Source: Mobula hypostoma (Eukaryota). From it: a DNA stretch of 64,000 bases. The notes beneath the pieces were generated by a model. That model made no database searches, was not told the DNA's origin, and saw nothing but the letters and a program-made list of their open reading frames with translations. The stretch lies in NCBI RefSeq assembly GCF_963921235.1, contig NC_086097.1, positions 101,992,001 through 102,056,000 of the forward strand. The letters run 5' to 3'. Below are positions 24,619-38,177 of this stretch, in pieces; within the stretch, counting starts at the first letter, position 1; each line of letters starts with the position of its first letter. A program made the position numbers and the translations under genes.

Positions 24619-27600
24619 GTAAGTTTTCTTTTGGATTGAACCTTGCATACTTATTTGTGTCTTGCTACCATTGGACTGAAAAAAAGCCTGAAAACCATAA
24701 TGCTTTCAAAATTTCTCCTACCCTTGCAGCTCCTAACATGTTTAGTAATTGTTCCGCTGGTATTTTTGTATCTTGTTTAATTGGGCATTCTTTATCTTGG
24801 CCTTACGACCAGGAGTTGTGATCTGTTGATATCCGTGTCCATAGATATTTCACTGACAGTGGAACAAGGATTTTGGTCATTTCATTCACATCCCAAATCA
24901 GAAGTAACAATTGTGGAGATGAGGAAGCTGTAGAAATTAATGCTCAATCTTGCATTTGCTGGTTTGTTGCAGGCTTATAATTTTAATCTGATCTTTTTCA
25001 TAATCTCTTTTCCTTTCCTAAGTATCTTCAAATGAACATACAAATTTGGAGTGAAAGGTGGCCACATGGCCTCTCAAGATCATAGCTGTTCTGATTACAA
25101 CATCATCTCAGCATTCTTGTTTCCCTAAAGTAATCTTTCACTACTTCATTAAGAATTCCTCTATCACTTCCTTGATGCATTCTAAGACTCTGCTTCTACC
25201 CTCTTTCATAGAGAATTCAAAAGACTCTTGAACCTCGTTGGGAGGGAGATAGAAGTTGCAGTACTATGTAAAAGTCATAGGTGTTTAACATACACGTACA
25301 CACAATAGCTAAGGTGCCTTAGATTTTTGGAGAGTACTGTAGTTTTTGGTATTGCTGCTGCAAAATGAAAGTAAATTTCATGACATGCAGTGATAAACTT
25401 GATTCGGATATGGGTCTCTATTGTGGACTGAGAGTGGGAAGGGGGCAGTGAGAGTGGAATCATGGTTAGGAAAAGAGGAACGGAGGGGAAGGAGCGGGAA
25501 GCACCAGAGAGACATTCTGTAATGATCATTAAATCAATTGTTTGGAATCTTATGACTTTGCCTGGTGTCTCAAGGCTGGGTATATGTGATCCTCTCCAAT
25601 CCCCACCCCTGGCACTCCTCCTCTGCCATCTGTCCCATACCCCTCCGGCAATGCTCCACCCTCGCCATTCCCAACATCCTTTGCTCCTGCGAGATTTACA
25701 AACACGCTCTCCACTCCATGTTGACAAATATATTACTGCGCAAAAGTCTTAAATAAGTGATTCCTTGTCAGACCAAGCCCAAATGTTACCTAGATCCTTT
25801 CAGGCTAGTTCATTGGAATTGCAAATTGAATTGAGCATTGTGATCAATTGAGACTACCATTTCTGACCATATTTTATAGGAAAAGTTAATATACGAAATG
25901 TTAAAGATGACAGGAATCTCTAGTTCTAAAATATCCCATAAAAAGCAAATGCCCTCACCGTATCCACCCTCCTAAAATCCCTCAGGATCTTTAATTGTTT
26001 CAATTAAGTTGACTATCACTCATCTGAATTCCAGAGGATACCAGAGTAACCTGTCCAACCTTTCCTCACAAGGCAATCTGCCAATTCCAGATTTTACTCT
26101 AGTAATCCTTTTCTGAAATGCTTCCTATGTGTTATCACCCTCAAATAAAAATGTTAATATTGTTCATGGTACTCTGGACCTCACCATAGCCTATATAACT
26201 GAAGTGAAACCTCTGTACTAAACAATGATGTTCTGTTGAATTTACTAATTGGTTACAGTACCTGATAAAAGTTCTAGCCAATGGAATAACAGAGGAAAAT
26301 GTGAAATCTCCATTTTTGGCAGTTTTAAAGTATATTGTCTGAATGGTGAGAAGGAGGAGTGACTAAGTTGAGGAAAGGTTGGGCAAGCTTGGGTTGTGTT
26401 CACTGGAGTTTAGAAGAGTGAAGTGACTTGATTGAAAATGTAGGATCCTGAGGGGCATTCACAGGGAGTCAGTGGAGAGAATGTCTCCTTTTGAGGGAGA
26501 CTTGAGAACTAGGAGACACTACAATAGGTGGTCGATTTAAGACATTAGGAGGAGAATTTTTCTTTCAGGATCATGAGTGTTTGGAACTCTTTCTCAAAGG
26601 GCAATGGAAGCAAACTCTGATTATTTTTAAGATTGAAGGAGGTAGATTCCTGATGAGCAAGAGTTGAAAGATTATGCATGTAGGTGGAATTGTAGAGTCG
26701 AAGTTATAGTTTAATTAGCTGTGATTTTATTAAGTTCGAGCCCCAAGGCCCGACTGGCCTTTGACTGTTAATTTGTTTGTAAGCAAGCCTGCAACTAATG
26801 GATCAGATCAAAGCACTTCCAGATTTAGATTATACTGGAGATTTAAACACTAATGTTTAGAAAAAGGTCTGTGATCATCCCCCTCTTAACATACCAAAGA
26901 AATGACTGAAGCATTTGCAACAGCCAGGGGTGTCTGACATCCCCATAATCACGTTGATTCACTCTATATGGTGTCAGCAGTTAAGAATACTGTGATCTGT
27001 CAGTATCCTAGCTGTAGTGTGAAAGATTTCTACTGCGAAACCAGCCACACCTCCAACCAAACTGTTGCAGTAGACTTGTGAAACTGACATCTACTTGACA
27101 ATGTAGAAAATTTGCCCATGTTTTGTCATTATCCATCAGTTTGCTCTCTAATAAGTGTAAATTGATGGAAGATGTTGTTAATAATATTAACTAATGCTGT
27201 AATAATTATGGGGTGAACATTGTAGCTGTGGCCCGCCCTCAATATCATCTCTATGGAGTTTTCAGGTTCTTCCTATGACCACCAGCTTTTCTTTGGGTGT
27301 TCTGTTTTCTCCCTCATGCTAAAGATGTGCAAGTGATATATTAATTGGCCACTGTAAATTGCCCCTTCTATGTAGGCAGAATCTGGTGAAGTGAATATGT
27401 GGAGACTAAAATAAAATTATTGTAAATGGGCAGAGTGAAAGCCCTATTTGTGTGCTCTGTGATTGTGTTCAGGTGGGATTTTGCCAGGATCTTTGGCTGA
27501 TTACAGTATCAAGGTGAACAAGGTGAGATGAAAATCTCGGATTTTAACATCAGTGAATCTTTTGACTGAGCATGACTTCGTAGTTTTGGTAAACTAAATG

Positions 27601-28184
27601 TGAAGATGCTCCACTGGATGGAGTCATACCAAGCACATGAAGATGGTTGTGTTGTAGTTCAATAATCTCAGCTTCATGTGATTATTACAGGAGTTCCTCT
27701 GAGCTTTATGTCCTTCATGAGTGTGCAGATTGGATTGATAAGGCCTAAGTCCACTTGCATTTGAAAGAATAAGAGAGTGTTTCATTGAACCATGTACATT
27801 CAGTTGGGCCTGACAGTGGATATATCACTTGACTACTTGGGATATGAGTGTAAATGGTTTAACATGAGAATTCACAGTGTTGGTTTGCAAACTGAACTGG
27901 AGAAATTTTATCACTCAGTGTGGTGTGAATCTGGATTTCTTAAATCTCAAACAGCGGTGAAGGTCAGTTACTGAACATATTTAAGAAAAAGATTTCTACA
28001 CACACATCAAGGGATATGGGAAGAGAGTAGAAATATGGTGTTGAGATGATCTTATTGAATAGCAGGTTGAGACTAAAGAGCTGAATGGCCTATTCAAAGT
28101 GAAAATTGAGTTTATTGTCATGCGCAAATGCCATTGTGCACAGATGCAATGAAAAACTTGCAGCAGCAATACAGGCACATAGCA

Positions 28185-31100
28185 TTTCATAGAAAACCTA
28201 TAGCACAATACAGGCCCTTCAGCCCACAATGCTGTGCCGGACATGTACTTACTTTAGAAATTACCTAGGGTCACCCATTTCTCTAAGCTCCATGTACCTA
28301 TCCAAGAGTCTCTTAAAATACCCTATTGTATCCGTCCCCACCGCTGTCGCCGGCAGCCCATTCCACACACTCAGCACTCTCTGCGTTTAAAAAAAAACAA
28401 CAACAACAACTTACACCGGACATCTCCCCTGTACCTACTTCCAAGCACCTTAAAACTGTACCCTCTCGTGTTAGCCATTTCAGCCCTGGGAAAAAGCCTC
28501 TGACTATCCACACGATCAATGCCTCTCATCATCTTACACACGTCTATCAGGTCACCTCTCATCCTCCGTCGCTCCAAGGAGGAAAGGCCAAGTTCTCTCA
28601 TCCTATTCTCGTAAGGCATGCTCCCCAATCCAGGCAACATCCTTGTAAGTCTCCTCTGCACCCTTTCTATGGATTCCACATCCTTCCTGTAGTAAGGCGA
28701 CCAGAATTGAGCACGGTACTCCCAAGTGGGGTCTGACCAGGTCCTATATAGCTATAACATTACCTCTCGGCTCTTGAACTCAATCCCATGGTTGATGAAG
28801 GCCAATACACCATATGCCTTCTTAACCATACAGTGAACCTGCACAACAGCTTTGTGTGTCCTGTGGACTCGGACCCCAAGATCCCTCTGATCCGTACCCT
28901 CCAAATATCCGGACCTTCCTCTCAGTTTTTTTGCACTACCTTACTTCCCATTTTTCTATTTTCTATTTATGGTTTATAATTTAAATTTTTAATATTTACC
29001 AATTTTAACTATTTTTAATGTTTTAATATTTAATATTTGTAATCCAGGGAGTGTGAAGCACAGAATCAAATATCGCTGTGATGATTGTATGTTCTAGCAC
29101 CAATTGTTTGGCGACTATAAAGTATCCTCCACACTGCCAAGAGTCTTACCATTAATACTGTATTATACCACCATATTTGACCTACCAAAATGAACCACCT
29201 CACACTTATCTGGGTTGAACTCCATCTGCCACTTCTCAGCCCAGTTTTGCATCTTATCAATGTCCCACTGTAACCTCTGACAGCCCTCCACACTTTCCAC
29301 AACACCCCCAACCTTTGTGTCGTCAGCAAATTTACTAACCCATCCCTCCACTTCCTCATCCAGGTAATTTATAAAAATCACGAAGAGCAGGGGTCCCAGA
29401 ACAGATCCCTGAGGCACACCACTGGTCACCGACCTCCATGCAGAGTATGGCCCATCTGCAGCCACTCTTTGCCTTCTGTGAGCAAGCCAATTCTAGATCC
29501 ACAAAGCAAGGTCCCCTCAGATCCCATGCCTCCTTACTTTCTCAATAAGCCTTGCATGGGGTACCTTATCAAGTGCTTTGCTGAAATCCATATACACTAC
29601 ATCTACTGCTCTACCGTCATCAATGTGTTTAGTCACATCCTCAAAAAAGTCAATCAGGCTCGTAAGGCACGACCTGCCTTTGACAAACCCATGCTGACTT
29701 TTCCTAATCATATTATACCTCTCCAAATGTTCATAAACCCTGCATCTCAGGATCTTCTCCATCAATTTACCAACCATTGAAGTAAGACTCACTGGTCTAT
29801 AATTTCCTGGGCTATCTACTCCCTTTCTGGAATAAGGGAACAACATCTGCAACCCTCCAATCCTCAGGAACCTCTCCTGTTCCCATTGATGATGCAAAGA
29901 TCATTGCCAGAAGCTCAGCAGTCTTCTCCCTCCCCTCCCACAGTAGCCTGGGGTATGTCTCATCTGATCCCGGTGACTTATCCAACTTGATGCTTTCCAA
30001 AAGCCCCAGCACACCCTCTTTCTTAATGTCTATATGCTCAAGCTTTTCAGTCCGCTGTAACTCTACCTTGCAATCGCCAAGGTCCTTTTCCGTAGTGAAT
30101 ACTGAAGCAAAGTACTCATTAAGTACCTCTGCTACCTCCTCCAGTTCAATACACACTTTTCCACTGTCACACTCAATTGCTCCTATTCTCCCACGTCTTA
30201 TCCTCTTGCTCTTCACATACTTGTAGAATGCCTTGGGGTTTTCCGTAACTTTGCTCACCAAGGCCTTCTCACGGCCCCTTCTGGCTCTCTTAATTTCATT
30301 CTTAAGTTCCTTCCTGCTAGCCTTATAATTTTCTAGATCTCTATCATTACCAAGTGTTTTGAACTTTTCGTAAGCTTTTCTTTTCTTCTTGACTAGATGT
30401 TCTACAGCCTTTGTACACCATGTTTGCTGCACCCTACCATCCTTTCCCTGTCTCATTGGAAGGTACCTGTGCAGAACACCACACAAATATCCCCTGAACA
30501 TTTGCCACATTTCTGCCATTTATTTTCCTGAGAAAATTTGCTCCCAATTTATGCTTCCAAGTTCCTGACTGATAGCTTCATATTTCCCCTTACCCCAATT
30601 AACCGTTTTCCTGACTTGTCTGTTCCTATTCCTCTCCAGTGCTCTGGTAAAGGAGATAGAATTGTGATCACTATCTCCAAAGTGCTCTCCCACTGAGAGA
30701 CCTGATGCCTGACCAGGTTCATTTCCCAATACCAGATCAAGTACTGCCTCTCCTCGTAGGCTTATCTACATATTGTGTCAGAAAACCTTCCTGAGCACAT
30801 CTAGCAAACTCCACCCCATCTAAACCCCTTGCTGTAGGGAGATGCCTGTCAATGTTGGAGAAATTAAAATCTCCCATCACGACAACCCTGTTATTATTGC
30901 ACTGTCCGAGAATCTGTCTTCCTATCTGTTCCTTGATGTCCCTGTTACTATTGGGTGGTCTATAAAAAACACCCAGTAGAGTTATTGACCCCTCCCTGTT
31001 TCTGACTTCCACCCACAGACTCAGTAGACAATCCCTCCATGACTTCTTCCTTTTCTGCAGCTGTAACACTATCTCTGATCAGCAGTGCCACACCCCCACT

Positions 31101-31555
31101 TCTTTTGCCTCCCTCCCCATCCTTTCTGAAACATCTAGAGCCTGGAATTCAAAGTAGCCATTCTTGCCCCTAAGCCATCCAAGACTCTGTAATGGCCACA
31201 TCATCATAGCACCAGGTACTGATCCACGCTCTAATCTAAGCTTATCTGCTTTGTTCATGATACTCCTTGCAGTAAAATAGACACATCTCCAACCATCAGT
31301 TTGAGCGCATCCCTTCTCTATCACCTGCCTATCCTCCCTCCCTGCCTGTAAGCTTTCTCTATTTGTGAGCCAACCATCCCTTCCTCCATCTCTTCAGTTT
31401 GGTTCCCACCCCCCATCAATTCTAGTTTAAATTCTTCCCAATAGCCTTTACAAACCTCCTTGCCAGGATATTGGTCCCCATTGGATTCAAGTACAACTGA
31501 TCTTTATTGTTCAGGTCACACCTGCCCCAAAAGAAGTCCCAATGATCCAGAAACA
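28185..31555 (-). mobile_element. CR1 LINE (end of ORF1 plus frameshifted ORF2), with a Rex1-type 3' tail inserted near 28895-29123
   Basis: [38 protein letters not shown] and SKFADDTK. Confidence 0.9.
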
Positions 31556-32021
31556 CATCATTCACAAGAAAAACATAAACTAAATATGTTGCACAAAATT
31601 TTACAATAAAGAGCACAAATTAGAAAAATAAACTCCTGCTATGTTCTATATGTGTGTACACAAAAGAACCCAAGCACTAACCAATGAAGTGTAGGGGTGT
31701 TTTCTCAGTATTCTTGACATTTATTGCTCAGACAATAACATTAGGACACAGATTAGTCAGTTATATGTTTGACTTCCCATGTTATAACCATAACTACATG
31801 TAATAATAAAAGGCTTAATTATGTATAAAAGTACAATGTAAATGTAAATTTTTCTCCTTTTTGGTATTAACATTTTTTTCTATTTCTCCCATTAAATGCT
31901 CATTTGAGTAAGTTTGTCAATTTTGTCCTTGACTTCCTTGCAACTAAGATCTAGTCAGAATAGATGAAATCATTTTGCTTAGTTCCATGCAGCCAGCAAA
32001 GCAAGACATTTATCCTTGGAA

Positions 32022-32185
32022 CATACATCAAAGTTGCTGGTGAACGCAGCAGGCCAAGCAGCATCTATAGGAAGACGTTTCAGGCCGAGACCCTTCGTCA
32101 GGATGCTGCTTGGCCTGCTGCGTTCACCAGCAACTTTGATGTATGTTGCTTGAATTTCCAGCATCTGCAGAATTCCTGTTGTTTG
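32022..32185 (-). mobile_element. Second palindromic Penelope-derived insert with a hammerhead core
   Basis: 15-bp TSD CATTTATCCTTGGAA (32007-32021 and 32186-32200), inverted arms, and minus-strand CTGACGAAGGGTCTCGGCCTGAAACGTC in the loop. Confidence 0.8.
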
Positions 32186-32211
32186 CATTTATCCTTGGAA
32201 TTGGTTCACTA

Positions 32212-34574
32212 CTAGGCAACCGGGTGACCCATTGGAGCACCTTTTGAGAGAAAAGTAGTGCAGTGTGATGTGATGTGCTTTAGCAATTAAAGAAGAACTC
32301 AGTGTATTAAAGAAGAAAGACGCGTAGCAAGACAGATATTGCTCCTCCTCGTTTAATGAAGGACACTTTTTATGACAACATTTCTGGTTGATCTGCCACC
32401 CTTCAGGAATACTCTACCATTTTCATTTCTTTTTCCCCAGCTTAAAGCCACATACAGCTGACCAGATAAATCAACACATTCTCCATGGTTTGGCCTTGCG
32501 CCTTATGTATATATAGTCTTAGCAAAGCATGACTGTATCGGGAACTGGCTCCGCTGAAGAGGGACATCTTCCCCTTCTGATAAATTGAGAGTAATTCTTG
32601 GGATCATGACAATGTCATTTTTGAATGCACCAATGTTTATCTTTGCTACGATGAGATTGTCCTGCAGTTCTTCCACCATCATTCGCGTTCCATTGCAAAG
32701 CCTTGGTGGATCCAAGTTCCTCATTGAAATGATGGGAGATCCCCTCTTCAATTCCAGTTTACTTTACTTTATACTTATGGCCGCCAAACAATTGAAACTA
32801 GAACGTACAATCATCACAGTGATATTTGATTCTGCGCTTCCTGCTCCTTGGATTACAAATATTAAATATTAAAAATAGTAAAAATTAGTAAATATTAAAA
32901 TTTAAATTATAAATCATAAATAGAAAATAGAAAAATGGAAAGTGAGGTAGTGCAAAAAGCGAGGCAGGTCCAGATATTTGGAGGGTACGGCCCAGATCTG
33001 GGTCAGGATCCGTTCAGCAGTCTTATCACAGTTGGAAAGAAGCTGTTTCCAAATCTGGCCGTACGAGTCTTCAAGCTCCTGAGCCTTCTCCCGGAGGGAA
33101 GAGGGACGAAAAGTGTGTTGGCTGGGTAGATCGTGTCCTTGATTATCCTGGCAGCACTGCTCCGACAGCATGTGGTGTAAAGTTTATGTGGTGGCAATCC
33201 AGAGAGTTCGATGGAATCAAGGAATTCTGTAGGAAAATGAGTGGCGTTAGCTCCTTTGCTTACGGCATTGAAGGAGCAGTATTCTTTCATGATTCCAGGG
33301 AAGTGTCTAATGCATGTGAAGTTTATTTTTCGCATCATTTCATTAAGAGGAACCAAGATAGAATTCCTGGAGAAGAGTTCTGCAGGATTGTCGAATGTCG
33401 TGTAGATGAAATCAATGCATTCTTCCATTGTTGTTGCTGGCAGAATCATATCTTCAGATAATTTGATTTCATTGTTTCATTTTTCTCAATCTTGTCTTCT
33501 CCAACATCCAATAAGAACTGAGAATATCGTCCTTCTCCCTCACTCAATCGCATGTTTCCCTTCAATTGAAACTTCTCCGTAGGTATAATTTTTTGTAATG
33601 CATGAATTCTCCACATCAGCATCACTTCCATGTTTCACAACTGCTAGAAGCTGACAGAAATCGCCACAGCAAATGGTTAAAATACCCCCGAAGGCCTCAA
33701 TCTTGCCGCATACATCACGAAGAGTGCGGTCCATGGCTTCAAAGCTCTCCCTCCTAATCATGGGGCACTCATCCCAGACAATAAGCTTTGCATTTTGGAG
33801 TAAATTTGCAGTAATGGTGTTTTTATCAATGTGACAAAGGGCATCCTCATTGACTTTGAGGGGTATTTTGCATCATGAATGCGCTGTCCTACCACCAGGC
33901 ACCTCTGTCTCTCCCTCTCTCCTCCTTCTTTGCCTGTTTTTGTCATTCTGGAGACGCGCAGCCCTTTCATCCTTCGTCTCTTCATCTCTTCTACCATTTG
34001 TTCTTTCTCTCTGATCCTGGAGTTGTGCGGCCCTGGCCTCATCCGATTGTTGTTCTCTCCCTCTCCTTGCTGCTTCCCGACAACATTTGGCATCATTTCT
34101 TGACCATAATGTCCCCCATCTCTTTCCACACGGCATAATTAGCCTATCCATATATTTTTACCCTAATACCTGATAGAAGATGGGAAGCAGTAACGCCAAA
34201 GCCTCCAAGATGCTGTTGTTTCTTGATGATGTGGTTGGTGCTCTCCTAATTGGATAGCCTTGCCTTTTTGCTGCGGTTGGTGTGGCTGCTGTGAGCATCG
34301 TGAGGTGCAGCTCAGGCTGGCCGTGGGCATGCATCAGGCTGTGGCGTCCCGATTTCCATGATGGCCGATCGGGTCTCGGGTGAAAGGGAGCCTGTTGATA
34401 TTGCCGAATGAGCAATTTTGTACGAATATATAACCCTGAACTTTGCCTGCATTCTGTAAGTTAGCGCATTTTAATTTGATTTAGCCAAAAAAAGTGCCGC
34501 TGTAATGCACCATTTGCGCTAGTTGGAGGTCACAAACAGACAAACAGAGCATGAGAGTTTTAGTAGTATATAGA
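32212..34574 (-). mobile_element. Helitron deletion derivative with both termini
   Basis: 5' end A|TCTATATACTACTAAAAC and 3' end GGTG...CACC hairpin then CTAG|T. Pif1 motifs PGGRTAHS, GDFCQLL, FPTEFLDS, LCNGTR and QFPIQSCFAKTI, with frameshifts. Confidence 0.9.
32762..33180 (-). mobile_element. Rex1-type LINE 3' fragment inserted into the Helitron helicase
   Basis: TSD AGTTTA (32756-32761 and 33181-33186) and PLPSGRRLRSLKTRTARFGNSFFPTVIRLLN. Removing it restores PPHKL-ELKRGSP. Confidence 0.88.
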
Positions 34575-35252
34575 TTGACACAAGGTACAGTGTAAAGCTT
34601 GTCTTGTATACTGTTCATACAGATAATTACATCATGCATTGAGATAGTACAATGTGAAACAATAACAATGGAAGAATAAAGTGCTCAGCTACAGAAAAAA
34701 GTGCATTGTAGGTAGACAATAAGGTGCAAGACCATAACAAAGTCAAAAGTCCATCGTATCCTACTAGGGAACCATTCAATGCTCTTATAACAGCAGGGTA
34801 GAAGCTGTCCTTGAGCTTGGTGGTATGTGCTTACTGGCTTTCTACTCAATAGAGAGCCGAGAAGAGAGAATGTCTGGGGTGAGTAGAGTCTTTGATTATG
34901 CTGGTTGCTTTACTGAAGCAGCGGGAAGTGTAGACAGTCCATGGAAGGGAGGTTGGCTGCTGTGATGTGCTGAGCTGCATCCACAACTTTCTGTAGTTCC
35001 TTCCATCACAGAAAGCAGTTGCCATACCAAGCTGTGATGCATCTAGATACAATGCTTTCTATGGTGCATCAATAAAAATTAGTAAGGTCAATGAGGACAT
35101 GGTGACTCCTATGAATTTGAAGCTTTTAACCCTCTTAATCTTAGCATGGTTGATGATGAAAGGAGCCTGTGTACTGCCCAACCTCCTGAAATCAGTGATC
35201 AGCTTTTTTGTTTTGTTAACTTTGAGGGGCAAGGTTGTTGTCGTGACACCAT
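34575..35252 (-). mobile_element. Rex1-type LINE 3' part; continues at 50222 to about 50305
   Basis: SRCFSKATSIIKDSTHPRHSLFS. Split by the CR1 insertion with an apparent TSD ACCAT. Confidence 0.7.
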
Positions 35253-38177
35253 ATATAACCAGATAACAATTACAGCACGGAAACAGGCCATCTCGGCCCT
35301 TCTAGTCCATGCCGAATGCTTACTCTCACCTAGTCCCACCAACCTGCACTCAGCCCATAACCCTCCATTCCTTTCCTGTCCATATAGCTATCCAATTTTA
35401 CTTTAAATGACAATATCGAACCTGCCTCTTCCACTTCTGCTGGAAGCTCGTTCCACACAGCCTCCGCTCTCTGAGTAAAGAAGCTCCTCCTCATGTTACC
35501 CCTAAACTTTTGCCCTTTAACTCTCAACTCATGTCCTCTTGTTTGAATCTCCCCGACTCTCAATGGAAAAAGCCTATCCACATCAACTCATTATTTTAAA
35601 TACCTCTATCAAGTCCCCCCTCAACCTTCTACGCTCCAAAGAATAAAGACCCAACTTGTTCAACCTTTCTCTGTAACTTAGGTGCTGAACCCAGATAACA
35701 TTCTAGTAAATCTTCTCTGTACTCTATCTTGTTGACATCTTTCCTATAATTTGGTGACCAGAACTGTACACAATACTCCAAATTTGGCCATCCAATGCCT
35801 TGTACAATTTCAACATTACATCTCAACTCCTATACTCAATGCTCTGATTTATAAAGGCCAGCATACCAAAAACTTTCTTCACCACCCGATCTACATGAGA
35901 TTCCACCTTCAGGGAACTATGCACCATTATTCCTAGATCCCTCTGTTCTACTGCATTCTTCAATGCCCTACCATTTACCATGTATGTCCTATTTTGATTA
36001 GTCCTACCAAAATGTGGCACCTCACATTTATCAGCATTAAACTCCATCTGCTATCTTTTCGCCCACTCTTCTAACTGGCATAAATCTGTCTGCAAGCTTT
36101 GAAAACCTACTTGATTATCCACAACGCCACCTATTTTAGTATCATCTGCATACTTACTAATCCAATTTATCACCCCATCATCCAGATCATTAATGTATAT
36201 GACAAACAACATTGGACCCAGTACAGATCCCTGAGGCACGCCACTAGTCACTGGCCTCCAATCTGACAAAGTTATCTACCACCACTCTCTGGCGTCACCC
36301 ATCCAGCCACTGCTGAATCCATTTTACTATTTCAATATTAATACCTAACGATTGAACCTTCCTAACTAACCTTCCGTGTGGAACCTTGTCAAAGGCCTTA
36401 CTGAAGTCCATATAGACAACATCCACCACTTTACCCTCGTCAACTTTCCTGGTAACCACTTCAAAAAAATTCAGTAAGATTTGTCAAACATGACCTTCCA
36501 CGCACAAATCCATGTTGACTGTTCCTAATCAGACCCTGTCTATCCAGATAATTATTTATACCATCTTTAAGAATACTTTCCATCAATTTACCCACCACTG
36601 ACGTCAAACTCACAGGCCGATAATTGCTAGGTTTACTCTTAGAACCCTTTTGAAACAATAGAACAACATGAGCAATACGTCAATCCTCCGGCACCATCCC
36701 CGTTTCTAATGACATTTGAAATATTTCTGTCAGAGCCCCTGCTATTTCCACACTAATTTCCCTCAAGGTCCTAGGTAATATCCTGTCAGGACCCGGAGAC
36801 TTATCCACTTTTATATTCCTTAAGTGCCAGTACTTCCTCTTCTTTAATCATCATAGTTTCCATAACTTCCCTACCTTACACAATTCAATATCCTTCTCCT
36901 TAGTGGATACTGAAGAAAATAAATTGTTCAAAATCTCCCCTATTTCTTTTGGTTCCACACATAGCTGTCCACTCTGATTCTCTATGGGACCAATTTTATC
37001 CCTCACTATCCTTTTGCTACTAACATAACTGTAGAAACCCTTTGGATTTATTTTCACCTTACTTGCCAAAGCAACCTCATATCTTCTTTTAACTTTTCTA
37101 ATTTTTTTCTTAAGATTCTTTTTACATTCTTTATATTCCTCGAGCACCTCTTTTGCTCCATGCTGCCTATATTTATTGTAGATATCTCTCTTTTTCCGAA
37201 CCAAGTTTCCAATATCCCTTGAAAACCATGGCTCTTTCAAACTTTTAACCTTTCCTTTCAACCTAACAGGAACATAAAGATTCTGTACCCTCAAAATTTC
37301 ACCTTTAAATGACCTCCATTTCTCTATTACATCCTTCCCATAAAACAAATTGTCCCAATCCACTCCTTCCAAATCCTTTCGCATCTCCTCAAAAAGTTAG
37401 CCTTTCTCCAATCAAAAATCTCAACCCTGGGTCCAGACCTATCCTTCTCCATAATTGTATTGAAACTAATGGCATTGTGATCACTGGACCCGAAGTGCTC
37501 CCCAACACATACCTCCGTCACCTGACCCATCTCATTCCCTAACAGGAGATCCAATGCTGCCCCTTCTCTAGTTGGTACCTCTATGTATTGCTGCAAAAAA
37601 CTATCCGGCACGCATTTTACAAACTTCAAACCATCCAGCCCTTTTACAGTATGGGCTTCCCAGTCTAGGTGTGGAAAATTAAAATCTCCCACAATCACCA
37701 CCTTATGCTTACTACAGATATCTGCTATCTCCTTACAAATTTGCTCCTCCAACTCTCGCTCCCCATTAGGTGGTCTATAATATACCTCTATAAGTGTTAC
37801 TACACCTTTCCCATTCCTCTTTCTTTCTTTTTAAATCTTTTTATTGAGTAAGTATACAAAAAAGGTAAGCCATATAAACATTAATACAATGTTAAAGTAT
37901 AATAAAATTCCAAAAGATAACAATACCAAAAAGAAAATACTACAAACAATGTAATTTAAGCATAAGAAACCAAGATAACATAATAGTATACTAGATTTTA
38001 TATATATCAATGGAAAAAAAAAGAAAAAAAAACCCCAAAAAAAAACCCACCGTGCAACTAACTAAAAGCAAAGCAAAGCAATGGGCTAACTTGAAACCAA
38101 ACAGAGTTAAACTTAAAATCACGTCCTCAATCCCGACCTCCATTAAAACAGTGAAGAAAAAACAAGAAGGGTAAATA

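Noticed and set aside
24558..24821. 87-aa ORF over DNAL1 exon 3
   Set aside because: It is in the wrong frame and reads through the splice donor; the real exon is 24509-24618.
32503..33900. Host PIF1 helicase gene
   Set aside because: It is intronless, frameshifted, interrupted by a LINE and enclosed by Helitron termini.
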